From: the human T2T-CHM13v2.0 reference genome, Homo sapiens
DNA length: 64,000 nt
Strand: one strand, 5' to 3'
Assembly: GCF_009914755.1 (NCBI RefSeq)
Contig: NC_060938.1
Shown: one piece after another, positions 38,441-51,944 of the stretch
Layout of the letters: each line of letters begins with the position of its first letter
Position numbering within the stretch: position 1 is the stretch's first letter
Made by a program: the position numbers and the translations under genes
Notes under the pieces: generated by a model
Told to the model about the DNA's origin: nothing
What the model saw: only the letters and a program-made list of their open reading frames with translations
Databases searched by the model: none

Positions 38441-39619
38441 TTCCTTTTTCTGTCTATATCAAATTGAATGCATTCATCAATCTACCTTTGTAGTTGTTAC
38501 TGGTGTCATTTAAATCAACAGTGGCTCCTTCCGCATCTTCTTCCAAAAGACACAAGTTTTGAGGTCCAATCTTTCTACTTGTAAAGACTATTCAAGCTAT
38601 TCTTCATTCTACTGCAATACAACAATGTTTAAGGAGAGAATAGATGGCTATTAGGCTACTGTTGCTAAATTAAAAACAACCGAAGCAATAAATCATGAGC
38701 TTCCAACAACTGTTCATTATAGAGACTGGTTTTAGGAGGTGTATTTTTGAGTTGATAAGAAAGTCTGGAATTTTTTTACTCACCTCAAGTTCTTTGTTGG
38801 TTACTCTTTTTCTGAGTTTCTATGAGAGAAGAAAAATACAACATAAGGTCAACAAATAAAATTTACTTTGTAGCTTTCTATTTGCAAAGTTCTTTTCTGA
38901 CTAGGGAAGAAAGCTATAATTTTTCTCATTGACATTTCTTCAGAAGACTTGCATTAAAAAAAAAACTACTACCTTTTAGTATTAGATTTGTAAGTACAGG
39001 ACATGGAAGTGAAACAAAAGTTTCCAAGGAAAATCTTCCTTTTTTCACAACATCAAGTTTAAATAGTATAAATATTATACATGCATTATTTCCATAAATT
39101 TTTATTATATGTATTCTTTTAGAGACTTCTACTGTAGTTCATTCTGCTCAAGTTTTGAGTCATTGGAGATGTCTGGGGATAGATCCCCTAAAGTGTCATT
39201 CTCATCATTTGGGGAATAATCCCATTCCAAGATATAGGCAATAAAGTTCATTAGAAACCTCTTTGCTAGCTGTGTGTTATGGTTCCACATGATATGTCTA
39301 GTGTATCTCATTAGAATGTAATTTTATCTATATCAATTCCAGAAATAATCAAAATTAAGGGACATTTAGCCATGTCCTTAAGTTTCTGCATAAAATTGAA
39401 TAATGAATTATATATTGTATAATGGCATTTGACTATATTTACTAATCTTATTAATTTTATAAATTAATTTTTATTAGAAATCTTCCTAAAAATGTTATAG
39501 TGATAAAGTAAGTTTGCATAGTAACTTAGTGAAATTATTTTTCTTTATTTTTGAGAAATATGTGATCAATCATTGCCAATATTAGGGGACAATGGTGTGC
39601 TTTAATACAGATGATGACA

Positions 39620-40560
39620 TTTTCCGAGGTTCTTCCCTTTTCACTCTGTATAATCTGCTGAGATGATCTCATTTATCCCTGTAAACTCTACTATGACTTA
39701 GCTACACAAAACAAATACTTACTGATCCCATAGTATGTCCCAAAAGCTATATAGGACACTGGGATAACAACATTGACTCAACGAAGGCCTCAGCCCTTTT
39801 CCCATGAAATGTATTTTCTAATGTGTTTGGTACCTACTGATATCTGGATATATTCATTTTGACTTAACAACAGGTCTTCAAACTCAAAGATATCAAGAAT
39901 AAATTTATCATTCTTTATTCTCTAAGTATATTCTTTTCATTTATAACATAATATACCTGGCAACAATTCATGGGCTTTGTCTTCAATTTTTCTATGTTAC
40001 TTATAATAGGTTGTCTAAATCTTGTTAATGTTACATCAGAAATATATCTGAAATTCAAGTCTCCTCTCTGACAATGCCTTAGTTCAGACTCCAACCATCT
40101 TTTTCTTTGACTATTATAGTAGGCTTCTAATTGGCCTTTCTGCCTCTAGTCTCATTTTCTCCACAGTGCCAGGAGAATAATCTTTCCAGCCTCTTTCTCA
40201 GCCAAAAGTAAAACAGTCAATCAATAAATATACAAATAACAATTCCTGATCATTCTTCCTTGCCTTTTACTTGATTATGAATCCCTGTCAACCAACAGAT
40301 AAAATTCAAATTTACTTTAATTATATATTAGAACCTCTATGTTCATGTTTCCTCTTTCTCTTACACCATAGTTCATTATCCAAGATTGTTTTACTCCAAA
40401 ATTTCACTGTATGTCTCAGCTATATAAATTTACATAGAGCTGCAAGTTATATAAATCATTAATGGCTCTGTATTTCCCTATATGTTATTTCATCTTCCTG
40501 TCATGTCTGTTTATCTATTATCTGTCTGTTAAAGTCTTATGAAACCTGAAAGGGTGGCTA
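39620..40560 (+). mobile_element. L2 fragments (with a short antisense L2 piece ~39710-39820)
   Basis: tatctggatattc...tcttcaaactcaa...ctattatagtaggcttctaattggcctttctgcctctagtctc. Confidence 0.6.
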
Positions 40561-40679
40561 ATATTTCATGTATACTCTAAAAGTGGAGTTCAATTTAACA
40601 TCTATGAAGTAAATGTAATTAAGAAGTGTTATAACTGGTACTGGGCATATAAAGCATTGTTGTTTAATGTTATATATTC

Positions 40680-41360
40680 ATTATTTTAATAAATATTCAT
40701 TAATCAGCTACTCTGATGTGAGCACTGTTACCAGCACTAGTGATAATGTCACGGACATTCTAGATAAGGTGGGTGATTCTATGGGATTAATGTACAGTAG
40801 ATGGACAGACAATATTTAACAGTTTGATCGAGGTAGATGATAGATAGAAAATATTTAGATATTTTATTGAAAGACAGATAAATAGAATTATCTCATAATT
40901 TTAACTGCTGTACAAGAAATTAAAAGGGATAATATGATAATAGTGGAGAATGCGAGACTATATTCAACATAATTTCCTTGGGAGATGACATTTGATCTGA
41001 TTATTAACCATAAAAGATTCAGAAAAAGCATCATCCATCTGGGTAAAGATGCACATGATCTGTATCGCTGAGGAATAAAAGAGTCATGATTGATTAAAGA
41101 AGAAGGAGAAATAGGAGGAGAAGAAGAAAGAGGAAGGAGGAGAAGAAGGAAGGAGAAGAGGATGAGGAAGAGGAACAGTATGAGGAGGAGGTGGAGGAGA
41201 AGAAATGTCCATGTGGCTGGATTCTGGAGACTAACAAGAGAAGTAAACAGAGCCTTGACTATGTAGGACCATGTAGAACTTCACTTGGAAAGTGGACTTT
41301 AAGTGCACCAGGTCATCACTAGAATGTGTTAAACAGAGGAGTGGCATGATTTGTCATTAT
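40680..41360 (-). mobile_element. L2 (antisense) containing a GA-rich tract at 41097-41205
   Basis: attcattaatcagctactctgatgtgagcactgtt...gagatgacatttgatctga...gtggctggattctggag...aaacagaggagtggcatgat. Confidence 0.65.
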
Positions 41361-41620
41361 CATGACATATCTTGGTTTTGCAGTTTAACTTGTTAAAGTA
41401 CTATTTCTTAACATGTCCATGTTTCTTCCCACATATAATGCTCCTTGAGGGAACACAGAATCCTGTACACTCGGATGTATATTTTGAGCTAAAAAAATGA
41501 ATAAATAAATGATTGAATTAACGACTATAACTTCAAGGGACTTAAAGTTGAGATAATGTTATGTTGCTATTTATGGCCCAAACAATGATTGATATTATTT
41601 TATTAAAAACTATTTATTGT

Positions 41621-41955
<335 letters not shown>

Positions 41956-44854
41956 TTATTGTCAAGTATTGATAACTAAACTCCAGAAATGCAATAATTG
42001 CTAACATATTCTATAATTTCCAGGTAGGGGGAAATTATCTAATTTTATCTATATTTCTGAACAATATATTAGTTATCCAAAAAAGCAAAGCAAAGCAAAA
42101 CATTTATAATCAACAAATGAAAAACTTCTTCACTGACTACATTAAAACAAGACTTCCTTAAAGCATTGTGAAAAACTCATCTTTTCATATGTTATATTTT
42201 ATTGAATGTTTTTCAAACATTTTGTTAGTTATTTTAGGAGAACTAAAACAAACAATTTTCTTATTATCTCTATTTTCCTAGTGCTCAAAGAATAGCAAAC
42301 ATATTGCTTATATCTTGATTTATAAAACAAGTTGCTGTCTAATATTTTGTGTTGACACCTATAAAAATAGTCATGAAGAACGTAGCCCAGAATAACCAGC
42401 CGGTGGAAAGCCTGGAAAGCTGCAAGTATTATCCAGGGCATCCTAGTTATGAGGGCAATACTTTCTGGAATGACCTTGCAGCAGATGATTTGGAGGCACT
42501 TGGAATCTTGCTTCAACAGCAGATCTGATAGTTGTGGTTTTATTCATTTTTTGCCAAAGCTTAGCAGTTGGACACAAGAGTATTTGCTGCAGTACTGAAA
42601 AATCAATATGATTACCTCTTTGCCACAGGGCTACATCTAACTACAATATCCTGGACAACATATATAAGAATCACTCACAGATAATGCTGCATAGCTGGTG
42701 GGAGCTGACTGAGAACAAATAACAATGACATTTCTACTCTTGAAAGAGTTACAGATGGCGTTAAGATTTAACACAAAGTGCACTAAAGTGAAATATTTTG
42801 GTTATCCTTGTGGTATTAAACTAGAAACTTGTTTGTATGCTGCTTTTCGAGATCAGATGGACTATATTTGATGAAACGCTGGATGGTTCAGCTTACAGAA
42901 CGAATTGGAATCTTACCTATTTTGCTTCTGTCTTCTGTCAGTTTACTAAGAGAACTCATTACCTTACTTTACCTTACTTATTGTTCAGTTAAAAATGACT
43001 TATTTTTGAAATAATACTGAAGATAAAATTAAAATATGAGCATCAGCCTTCAGCAAATTGAAATGGAAAGATCTTCTTGATTGTGATATCTTGGCTTCAA
43101 TGACTTCCATAAAACGCTGACAAGAAAGAAAACGATTTCAATTTTAAACTAAATTAAAGCAATTTTAGGGTGTATTCATCTGTATGAGAAGGTAAAATTT
43201 AGTTTTCTATGTAAAATCAGAGAATTTTAAAATGAAGTATTGACATGTATCCACATTCTGCTCTTATATTTTCTGCATAAATTATGTTGCAAAGTATATT
43301 CTCTAGTTATTTGCCTATTCTGAAAAGAAATAAATTTCAGGATTTATTAGCATTTTAAGACAAAGAAGTAAAACTGTAATTTATTTATTTGTTCATGTTT
43401 GTCTCAAGCTTAATTTCTGTATTTTTCCAGGGAAATAGAATAATTACACCTTAGTACAGTACTGAAAATAAAATAATTCAAATGAAGGCCATTAAATTGC
43501 AAATATATTTATCCACTTCATTTTTGGCACACTATTAGATAGACTCGGCCACTGGACAAGCTGTGATATAAATAGCATATAACAACCCTTCTGACTTGGA
43601 GACAATAGCTTCCACCTCGACTAGTGACTTGCTCTTAGAGATTTGGACTGTGATTCAGACTGTTCTGTGTACAAAACTACTTAGAAATTATGTGACAGAT
43701 TCAGGCCAGAATTTAGAGTCCAAATGGAAAAAAACTGTAAATCTGTAGGCTTAGCATTCTAAACTAAATATATGACTCAGAGCAGGTGGCTATGCATAAT
43801 TACAAAGCCCTGTCTTAAGCTTTTAAAAATATTTATCCACCTAAGATATTAAAATCCATTAAAATAATGAAATTCTTCAGTAGAGAAAAATGTGAAGGTC
43901 TTCTGCCATGAAATACGTGTGTTTATGTTTATTCAATTAACAACAATTATGCAACAGAAATATGCAGAAATTTTAATGCCCTTCATAAATAAAGTGTGAG
44001 CATTGATGAATTCAGCTCTTTTAAAAAGACCGAGGCAATGGTTCAATTTATTATTGAATTAATTTCAACTTTACCATGTACAAAGTTTGCATGAGAAATA
44101 CAGATGGTGTAAGAGTTCTTAAGCTTGACTTTCCACTGCAACATTAGGAATGAATTAGGACCCATGGGTAGAGTGGTGAGCAAAGGGTAGATTTTATGTT
44201 TGAATGCATTGCACCCTGCCATTTTAAATTTGTTACTGAGATTGATGAGTTATCCCTGGCGCAGAGGAGGTGGTTTCACAGTGGCAAATCTTTAGAAAAA
44301 AAATATTTTCTTCTGAATGGGGCATTATTTTTTTCTCTTTTATGATATAAACACTTTCCTCATAAAATAAACACCCAATGAAAAAATGAATAGGAAGGTT
44401 TTCTGATTTTTCTGGGTTCAATTATTTCCAGCCTATAACCTATCTGCATTTTACTTTTTAACCAATTTTATTATCAACTTTTCTACTGTCCTTATGTTTT
44501 TTCTATTTATTATTTAGCCTTAAATGCTTCATTTCTGTACTACATACATTTTCTTTTACTTTATTGTGATAGATTCTGTATGTCATCAGTAAAATGTTAA
44601 AATATGAATAATACACTTTACTCCCTGTTTTATTGTATATGTAAAACAAATAGTACTTTAAATATAAAATGAATATGTTTTTCCGTCTCCAATTCTATGC
44701 AGCCACTATTTTCTCCACAGAGGTAACCTACCATATTATTAATAATATGTATCCTTTTACTGTATGTGTTTGTGTATAAACATATATATATATATTTACT
44801 ATGTAAAAATACATTGCTTGGTATGTATTTCTAACATATGAACAAATGCCATCT

Positions 44855-45210
44855 TACCTCAAAAACATAGACAACCAATGCAAAAAAGACAAATGGGATC
44901 ATATCACGCTAAAAAGCTCTGTACAGCAAAGAACACAATCCACAAAGTGAAGAGACAGTCTACAGAATGGAATTAAATATTTATAAACTATTCAACTGAC
45001 AAGAGATTAACAACCAGAAAATATAAGAAGCTCAAACAACACAATAGCAAAAAACCAGATAATATGATTAAAAATGGGCAAAAGATCTGAATAGACATTT
45101 CTCCAAAAAAGACATACATACTGCCAAAAGGTATGTTAAAAAATGTCCAAATTCACTAATCATCAGAGAAATGCCAATCAAAACCACAATGAGGTATTAT
45201 CTCATCCTAG
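44855..45210 (+). mobile_element. L1PB/L1MA ORF2 3' fragment
   Basis: gacaaatgggatcatatcacgctaaaaagc...aaatgggcaaaagatctgaatagacatttctcc...aaaccacaatgaggtattatctcatcc. Confidence 0.9.
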
Positions 45211-45214
45211 AAAT

Positions 45215-45392
45215 AAAACCCAGGGAGCTCAATTCTGTGTTGTTTGCTGGGTCCTGAGGACCTTTGATAGTCTGCCTTCTTTCCCTGCTTTTCAGTCTTC
45301 TGTGTTTGTTTTATACGAAGTAGTCAAGGCTTTTAGCTGAACTTAGCAGGATAATAAGAAATGTATTTCCACTCCTAATAGACCCAAAAGTG
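45215..45392 (-). mobile_element. L1MC/MD 5'-end fragment
   Basis: cccagggagctca...gggtcctgaggacc...gtctgccttct...gtttgttttatac...ttagctgaacttagcagg resembles the antisense L1MCa/MDa 5' terminus. Confidence 0.7.
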
Positions 45393-46176
45393 ATTTTTAA
45401 TTTTTAATTTTTATGGATACATAGTTATACATATTTATAGGGCATATGTGATATTTCAATACTAGCATACAGTGGGCAATAATCAAATTAGAGTAATTGG
45501 AATATTAGTCACTGGAAACATTTATTATTTCTTTGTGTTTGGAACATTCCAATTCCACTCTTCTAGTTATTTGAAAATGTACAATAAATTATCGTTAATT
45601 ATAGTCACCCTGTCGTGCTACCAAACACAGTATCTCATTCCTTCTATCCAACTCTGTTATTATTCCCATTAACCAATCCCTCTTTATTCACGCATTCCCA
45701 CTACCCTTCCCAGCCTCTGGTAGCCATCATTCTACACTTTACCTTCGTGAGATTCATCTCTGTAGCTCTCACCTATGAGTGAAAATATATTTGTCTTTCT
45801 GTGCTTAGCTTATTTCACTTAACAAAATGTTCTTCGGTTCTATCTGTGTTGTTGCAAATGACAAGATTTCAATTCTGTTTTATAGATAAATCATATTACA
45901 TTGCATTTGTGTACAACATTTTCTTTATCCATTCATCAGTTTATAGACACTTAGGTTGATTCCATATATTGGTTATAGTGAATAGTGCTGCAATAAATAT
46001 GGGAGTGCAAATATCTCTTTGATATATATTTTTTCTTTTGAATATATCCTCACCAGTGGAATTGTCAGCTAAATGATAGTTATATTTTTAGATGTTTTGG
46101 GAACCTCCATAGTGTTATCCTTAATGGTTCTAATAATTTACATTCCCACCAACAGTGTATGACGGTTCCCCTTTCT
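45393..46176 (-). mobile_element. L1MA (MA2-4-like) 3' end
   Basis: ttttatggatacatag...aataatcaaattagagtaattgg...ggaacattccaattccactc...cattcccaccaacagtgtatgacggttcccctttct. Confidence 0.92.
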
Positions 46177-46177
46177 A

Positions 46178-47334
46178 CGAGGAAGCTGCCAAAGTTTGGG
46201 GTTTCCACCCTCTGAATCCACAGCCTGAGCCTTATGTTGGCTCCTTTCAGCCATGGCTGGAGCGGCTGGGACACAGGGAACCCAATCCCTAGGCTGCACA
46301 CAGCACCGGGACCCTGGGCCCACCCCACAAAACCACTTTTTTCTCCTGGGCTTCTTCACCTGTGATGAAAGGGGCTGCCAGGAAGGTTTTTGACATGCCC
46401 TGGAGACATTTTCCCCATGGTCTTGGGGATTAACATTAGGCTCCTTGGTACTTATGCAAATTTCTGCAGCCAGCTTGAATTTCTCTGCAGAAAATGGGTT
46501 TTTCTTTTCTGTTGCATAGTCAGGTTGCGAATTTTCTGAACTTTTATGATCTGCTTCCCTTATAAAACTGAATGCCTTTACCAGCACCCAAGTCACTTCT
46601 TGAGTGCTTTGCTGCTTAGAAATTTCTTCAGCCAGATATCCTAAATCATCTTTCTCAGTTCAAGGTTCCACAAATCTCTAGGGCAGGGAGAAAATGCCAC
46701 CAGTCTCTTTGCCAATACATAACGAGTCACCTTTACTCCAGTTCTCAATAAGTTCCTCATCTTCATCTGAGACCACTTCAGCCTGGAATATGGCTTTCAG
46801 CATTTTGGGCAAAGCCATTCAACAAGTCTCTAGGAAATCCCAAACTTTCCCACATTTTCCTGTCTTCTTCTGACCCCTCTAAACTGTTCCAGCCTCTGCC
46901 TGTTACCCAGTTCCAAAGTTGCTTCCACATTTTGGGGTATTTTTTCATCAACACCCCACTTTCCTGGTAACAATTTACTGAATTAGTCTGTTTTCATGCT
47001 GCTGATAAAGACATATTGGAGACTGGGAAGAAAGAGAGGTTTAATTGGACTTACAGTTCCACATGGCGGGAGAGGCCTCAGATTTAAGGAGGGAGGCAAA
47101 AGGCGCTTCTTAAACGGCAGCAGGCAGAAGAAGAATAAGAAAGAATCAAAAGCGGAAACTCCTGATAAACCCATCAGATCTCATGAGACTTATTCACTAT
47201 CATGAGAATAGCATGGGAAAGACTGGCCCCCATGATTCAATTACCTCCCCCTGGGTCTCTCCCACAACATGTGGGAATTCTGGGAGATACAATTCAAGTT
47301 TAAATTTGGGTGGGGACACAGTCAAACTATATCA
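46178..47334 (-). mobile_element. THE1C: one LTR (46979-47334) plus truncated internal region (46178-46978)
   Basis: THE1C-type LTR (gggaagaaagagaggtttaattggacttacagttcc...gggaattctgggagatacaattcaagt...actatatca); THE1-int breaks off at the L1 junction and the second LTR is absent. Confidence 0.93.
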
Positions 47335-47499
47335 CAGTTATTGAGACTTTCTTTATTCTTTTTTCCCTTACATCAGTAAAAACAATGTTTCATGCACGCT
47401 TTAAAAGGCTGAAGAACATCTGTTTATCTTGTGCTGGATTCCATCATATATGCACAAAAGAGAAACTGACATATTGCATAAGGCAGGAATTACAGGAGA

Positions 47500-48140
47500 C
47501 TGAAGCAGAAGTACAGAGACAAGTACACAAAATAATTATTTAAAAGTTAAAAATAGCCATCAAACATAGGAAATATTATAGAGTATATGACAATTTTGCA
47601 TAACAATTTGCAATATATTTGCAAATTTAGATAAAACTATTTTCTAGAAAAAAGTCATTTTTAATAGAAATACAGCAATGAAACAAATTAAACAAACTGA
47701 TTTCCAAAGAAAAATAGGAAAAGGTATTAAAGTGCTACTCTCAACACTTTATTGTTTTGAAAGTATATACTGATTTATTAGGAGAATGTTACTAAAGTTT
47801 CAAAGATTAAATATTGCCAAGTCAATTCAAAATGCTCCAGAAGCTAGAAAAAGAAATATATTTTTCAACCTTCTTTTATGAAGCAATATAACTTTGATAT
47901 TAATGATGGATAAAGCTTGCTTAAAAACAAAACAAAACAAAAGCTAGACAATTATAAATAGAAAAACTAACTGGACATTAAATTATGCATTTTATCTCTG
48001 GGTTTTTTTCTGAAAAATGCAATATAAGGAAGTAAATATTATTCAACATAATATTAGATGTAAAGTAAAAATCATTTACTTTGTGATAATGTTAAGATTT
48101 TTAAACAGAAAATGATGAAAAAAATAAGACATAGCAAAAA
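47500..48140 (+). mobile_element. Very degraded L1ME ORF2 fragments
   Basis: tttgcaaatttagataaaa...ttttctagaaaaa...ttcttttatgaagcaatataactttgatat. Confidence 0.5.
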
Positions 48141-48481
48141 AGTCTGAATACTGTTTAAAATAGATGGGTTTAAATTATAGCACTACTATACGCTAATTGG
48201 GTTATCTTGAGAAATGACTCATCTATTCTAAGTTTTTATATTAATATTTATAAACTATGAACTGTATTTGTCACAACTTTTGCAGCTCAAGTGGAGAAAG
48301 TTAAATCTATTCAAATAGTTAATACAAACAGTATTTTTGTAAAGATGTAAAGTTTATTTATGACGTTATGACTATCCTTCGGCAAGTTCTTCTGGCTTTG
48401 TTTTCAATATTCCTATATTACCAGTGTTGGGACTATTTACAAATATGCTGATCGCCCTGTTTCCATACTTGCATTCTCAAA

Positions 48482-48708
48482 TGGTGCTTCTCAAACGCTT
48501 TATGGTATACAACTAACTTTGTTTGTTCTCACTTTATCACACACTATCTCTATCTTAAAGTACAGTGAATTCATTAAAAAAATTAACATGCTTCTAGCTT
48601 GCAACTATGTAAAAGTTATACAGGTTCCCAAATGTTTATTCTCCATTTCTGTGCTAATCATGCAGCAGTAAAAAAGTTCATGGACTGGCACCCATTTGAG
48701 TATGACTA
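48482..48708. mobile_element. Possible non-autonomous hAT-Charlie element
   Basis: Degenerate TIR pair gtgcttctcaaa ... tttgagtatgact. Confidence 0.35.
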
Positions 48709-48833
48709 CTGTTTAATGTGTTGCCTCAATTTCTCTCAGATTGTAAAAACATACTTTAGATCTTGTCTCTCAATGCTTAAAAGCAATGTCTTCCCACCTC
48801 AGTTAAATTATAGCCAAATTCCTTAGCTGAATG

Positions 48834-49203
48834 TGATGTAGATCTTTGCTCCTTAGTTCAGCTAAAACCGGGTTCTTGTCACATGTCCAGGAAAAGTTAG
48901 GCACACAGACACACTGAAGGGTGAGGGGAATGGAATTTATTGGGCATAAAGGAACAAATAAAAATAATTTAAAAAAGAAAACAAAACTCTCAGCAAAGTG
49001 AGAGGGGTTCCTGCTAACGGGCCCCTACCTCGCAGATTGAATACCAGGCCACCACACAGGAACTGAAGAGGCTAGGCTCCTCCTCCCTGCAAAGGGCACC
49101 AACTTCCAAACCTTCTGTGACTCTATCATGTGCTACCAGTGCACTGGTCAGTCGGAGATTCTCCAGGGCCCCCTTCCTCCTTACCTTCCTCCTGCATCTA
49201 TCA
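48834..49203 (-). mobile_element. MER61 solo LTR (ERV1), inserted in an L2 relic
   Basis: tgatgtagatctttgctccttagttcagctaaaaccgggttcttgtcac...cagattgaataccaggccaccacacaggaactgaagagg...ctcctgcatctatca; 4-bp TSD-like aatg/aaag. Confidence 0.85.
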
Positions 49204-49488
49204 AAAGTGATCAAAGGGCGCTTGGACTGGCCTTTATCTTTTATGCCTTATCTTTGACTACTTGCCAACTTGCTTAAACCTCTTTATTTACACTGGCCTT
49301 CTCACTCTTCTCAAACACATTAAACATATTCTTAGCCTAGGATATTTTTAATAATTACTTTTAAACATAAAAAAGTTAAAGAGAAAAATTCAAAAGCACA
49401 CAGGAACCAACATTGCAGTTAATATTGAATTAATTGAATTAATTGAAAAAATGAATACATTTTTTTCTAGATGTAATTTCTTTCTTTC

Positions 49489-50113
49489 TGTTAGAGGTGT
49501 TTGAAGTAGAGGGACTCCATCTTGGATAGGGGCTGGGTAAAATAAGGCTGAGACCCGCTGTGCTGCATTCCCAGGAGATTGTGCATTCTAAATCACAGGA
49601 TGAGATAGGAGGTTGGCAAAAGATACAGGTCACAAAGACCTTGCTGATAAAACAGGTTTCAGTAAAGAAGCTGGCCAAAACCCACCAAAACCAAGACGGC
49701 ATGGAGAGTGACCCCTGGTGGTCCTCACTGCTTATTATACACTAATTATAATACATTAGCATGCAAAAGACATTCCCGCCAGTGCCATGACAGTTTGCAG
49801 ATGCTATGGTAACATCAGGAAGTTACTCTATATGGTCTAAAAAGTGGAAGAACCCTTATTTCAGGGAATTGCCGACCCCTTTCCAGGAAATTTATGGATA
49901 ATCTACCCCTTGTTTAGCATATAATCAAGAACCAACAATAATATCCTTAGTTGAGCATCCCCTGCTGCTGCTTTGCTTGTAGATTAGCCATTCTTTATTC
50001 CTTTACTTTCTTAATAAACTTGCTTTCACTCTATGTACTTGCTCCAGTTATTTCTTGTGCAAGATCCAAGGACCCTCTCTTGTGGTCTGGATTGTGACCC
50101 CTTTCTGGTAACA
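49489..50113 (+). mobile_element. MER41B solo LTR (ERV1)
   Basis: tgttagaggtgtttgaa...gactccatcttg...ttaataaacttgctttcact...cccctttctggtaaca-type end; 625 bp; retains the GAS-containing segment; TSD-like tttc/ttgc. Confidence 0.93.
49860..49889 (+). promoter_or_regulatory. Tandem GAS (STAT) motifs in MER41B
   Basis: TTCAGGGAA (49860-49868) and TTCCAGGAA (49881-49889) both fit TTCNNNGAA; function is not shown by sequence alone. Confidence 0.55.
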
Positions 50114-50299
50114 TTGCCACCACAGATAGAATCCAATATTTGTATTTTAATGTTATCATTGCATGCATATTTTATAATGTTAATATATTAATACATTACT
50201 TGTTGTTAAAGTTATATTAAAGTGGAATGCTGTACTTAATGCTCTTTAAATTACCTCTTGTTTTCTTTATCTTCCTCCCTTCTTTCACTATATAAACCA

Positions 50300-50620
50300 C
50301 TTCCAGTCTGAATGCTTTCCTCCAGTTTTTATATGACTTGCTTTATCACAATATCCAGATCTCTGCACAAATATTACTTCCTCAAAAACCATCTAAAACA
50401 GTCTTCCTACAACCACCACACTCTTCTCAAACTTCCCTTTATTTTCCTTTCCATCTCTTATTACTACCTAAAATTCCACTATGTTATCTATTTACTTGAT
50501 TAATATTTGTCTACCTCATTACACAGCACTCTTCATGAGAGCAGAGGCATTTATTGTTGACTATTTTAACACCACAGCTTTACATCATTTTGACATGCAG
50601 TGCTCTGTGTATTTATTACA
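50300..50620 (+). mobile_element. L2 3' fragment
   Basis: agtctgaatgctttcctcca...ccagatctctgcacaaatattacttcctca...cttcatgagagcagagg. Confidence 0.6.
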
Positions 50621-51512
50621 TGTATAGTTATATCAATTATCCATGAACATAATGGCAGGTGTTGCAGACAAGCCTTAGAAAGGGACTAACACAAGAATTT
50701 AGAAATTCACAAGGAATTTAAAAACTTCTCCTATGAAAAGGCATGGACTTTTATTTTTTTCCTTTCACATCAAAATTTTCTACTCTCAATCCACACTGAA
50801 AAGAAAGTAGCATTCCATGTTAACCAAGCTTATATGTCTTCCATTCAGGTCCAAAGAAAACTAGAACTCATTTAGATGAATTCAGTATTTCCAACAGAGA
50901 AAGCATGATTAATTTATTTTGGTCAGGTGTTTAAATGACCAAATGGCCCAATCACCTATGATTGGGGAGTGAGATGGAGTGTGAAATCAAGAAATGTATT
51001 TGGTAAAAATACAGTAAGCATTCACATCAAAGGGTTGGATGTCTGTGAAAATATTATGAGTAGATAAGGCAATCTCATAAATGATCATTTAAAAAATAAT
51101 AGCCTGAATATTTTGGGGGTCTTTTGAGGAGTGGCAGTAGCATAACTAAAATCACCACTTCTATTCCTCTTATATTACCAACACTAAATATTGATTTTTA
51201 ACTTACAGGTATGTGTTTTTATAACAGAGATGTTTATTTCTAATTAAGTCCATTTAATTATGGTCTCTTGTTATCACAATTCCATAGAGTTTCAATTTGT
51301 AAATGTTCTTTGCTATGTAACTATATTTAATTTGCTTTTAAATTCTATTAATTGGGAACATATAAACTTTAAAATTATATTAGAGGTTTACATGTAAAAT
51401 TTTATAAAGAAAAATTTAACATATAAAGACATGGTAAAACATTTTCAAAGAAAATGTAGTATTCATTTTGTGCTATTATGAGTTATGTACTTTTCTCTAT
51501 TTTATAAATGTT

Positions 51513-51944
51513 TGATACAGTTTGGATATTTGTCTTCTCTAAATCTTATGTTGAAACATACTCCCTAGTGTTGGAGCCAGGCCCTAGTGGGAGGTATGTG
51601 GGTCACAGGGGCAGATCTCTCATGACTGTATTGATGCCATCCTCATGGTAGTGAGTGAGTTCTTGCTTTGTTCACATAAGATACTGTTGTTTGAAAGAGT
51701 ATGGCGTCTCTTCCATCTTTCTCACTTCCTTACTCTTGCTTCTGCTCTCAACATATGACACTGGCTCTCCCTTTGCTTTCTGCCATGATTGTAAGCTTTC
51801 TGACGCCTCACTAGAAGCAGAACAGATGCTGGTGCCATGCTTCCTGTACACCCTGCAGAACTACGTGCCAATCAAAACTCTTTTTCTTATAAATTACCCA
51901 GTCTCAGGTATTCCTTTATAGCAACACAAAAATGGACTAACGCA
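51513..51944 (+). mobile_element. MSTB solo LTR
   Basis: tgatacagtttggatatttgtc...ataaattacccagtctcaggtattcctttatagcaacacaaaaatggactaacgca; TSD atgtt/atgat. Confidence 0.93.

Noticed and set aside
42359-42367. TATAAAA just upstream of the 51-codon ORF as its promoter
   Set aside because: Too close: a TSS 25-30 bp downstream of this TATA would fall past the ATG
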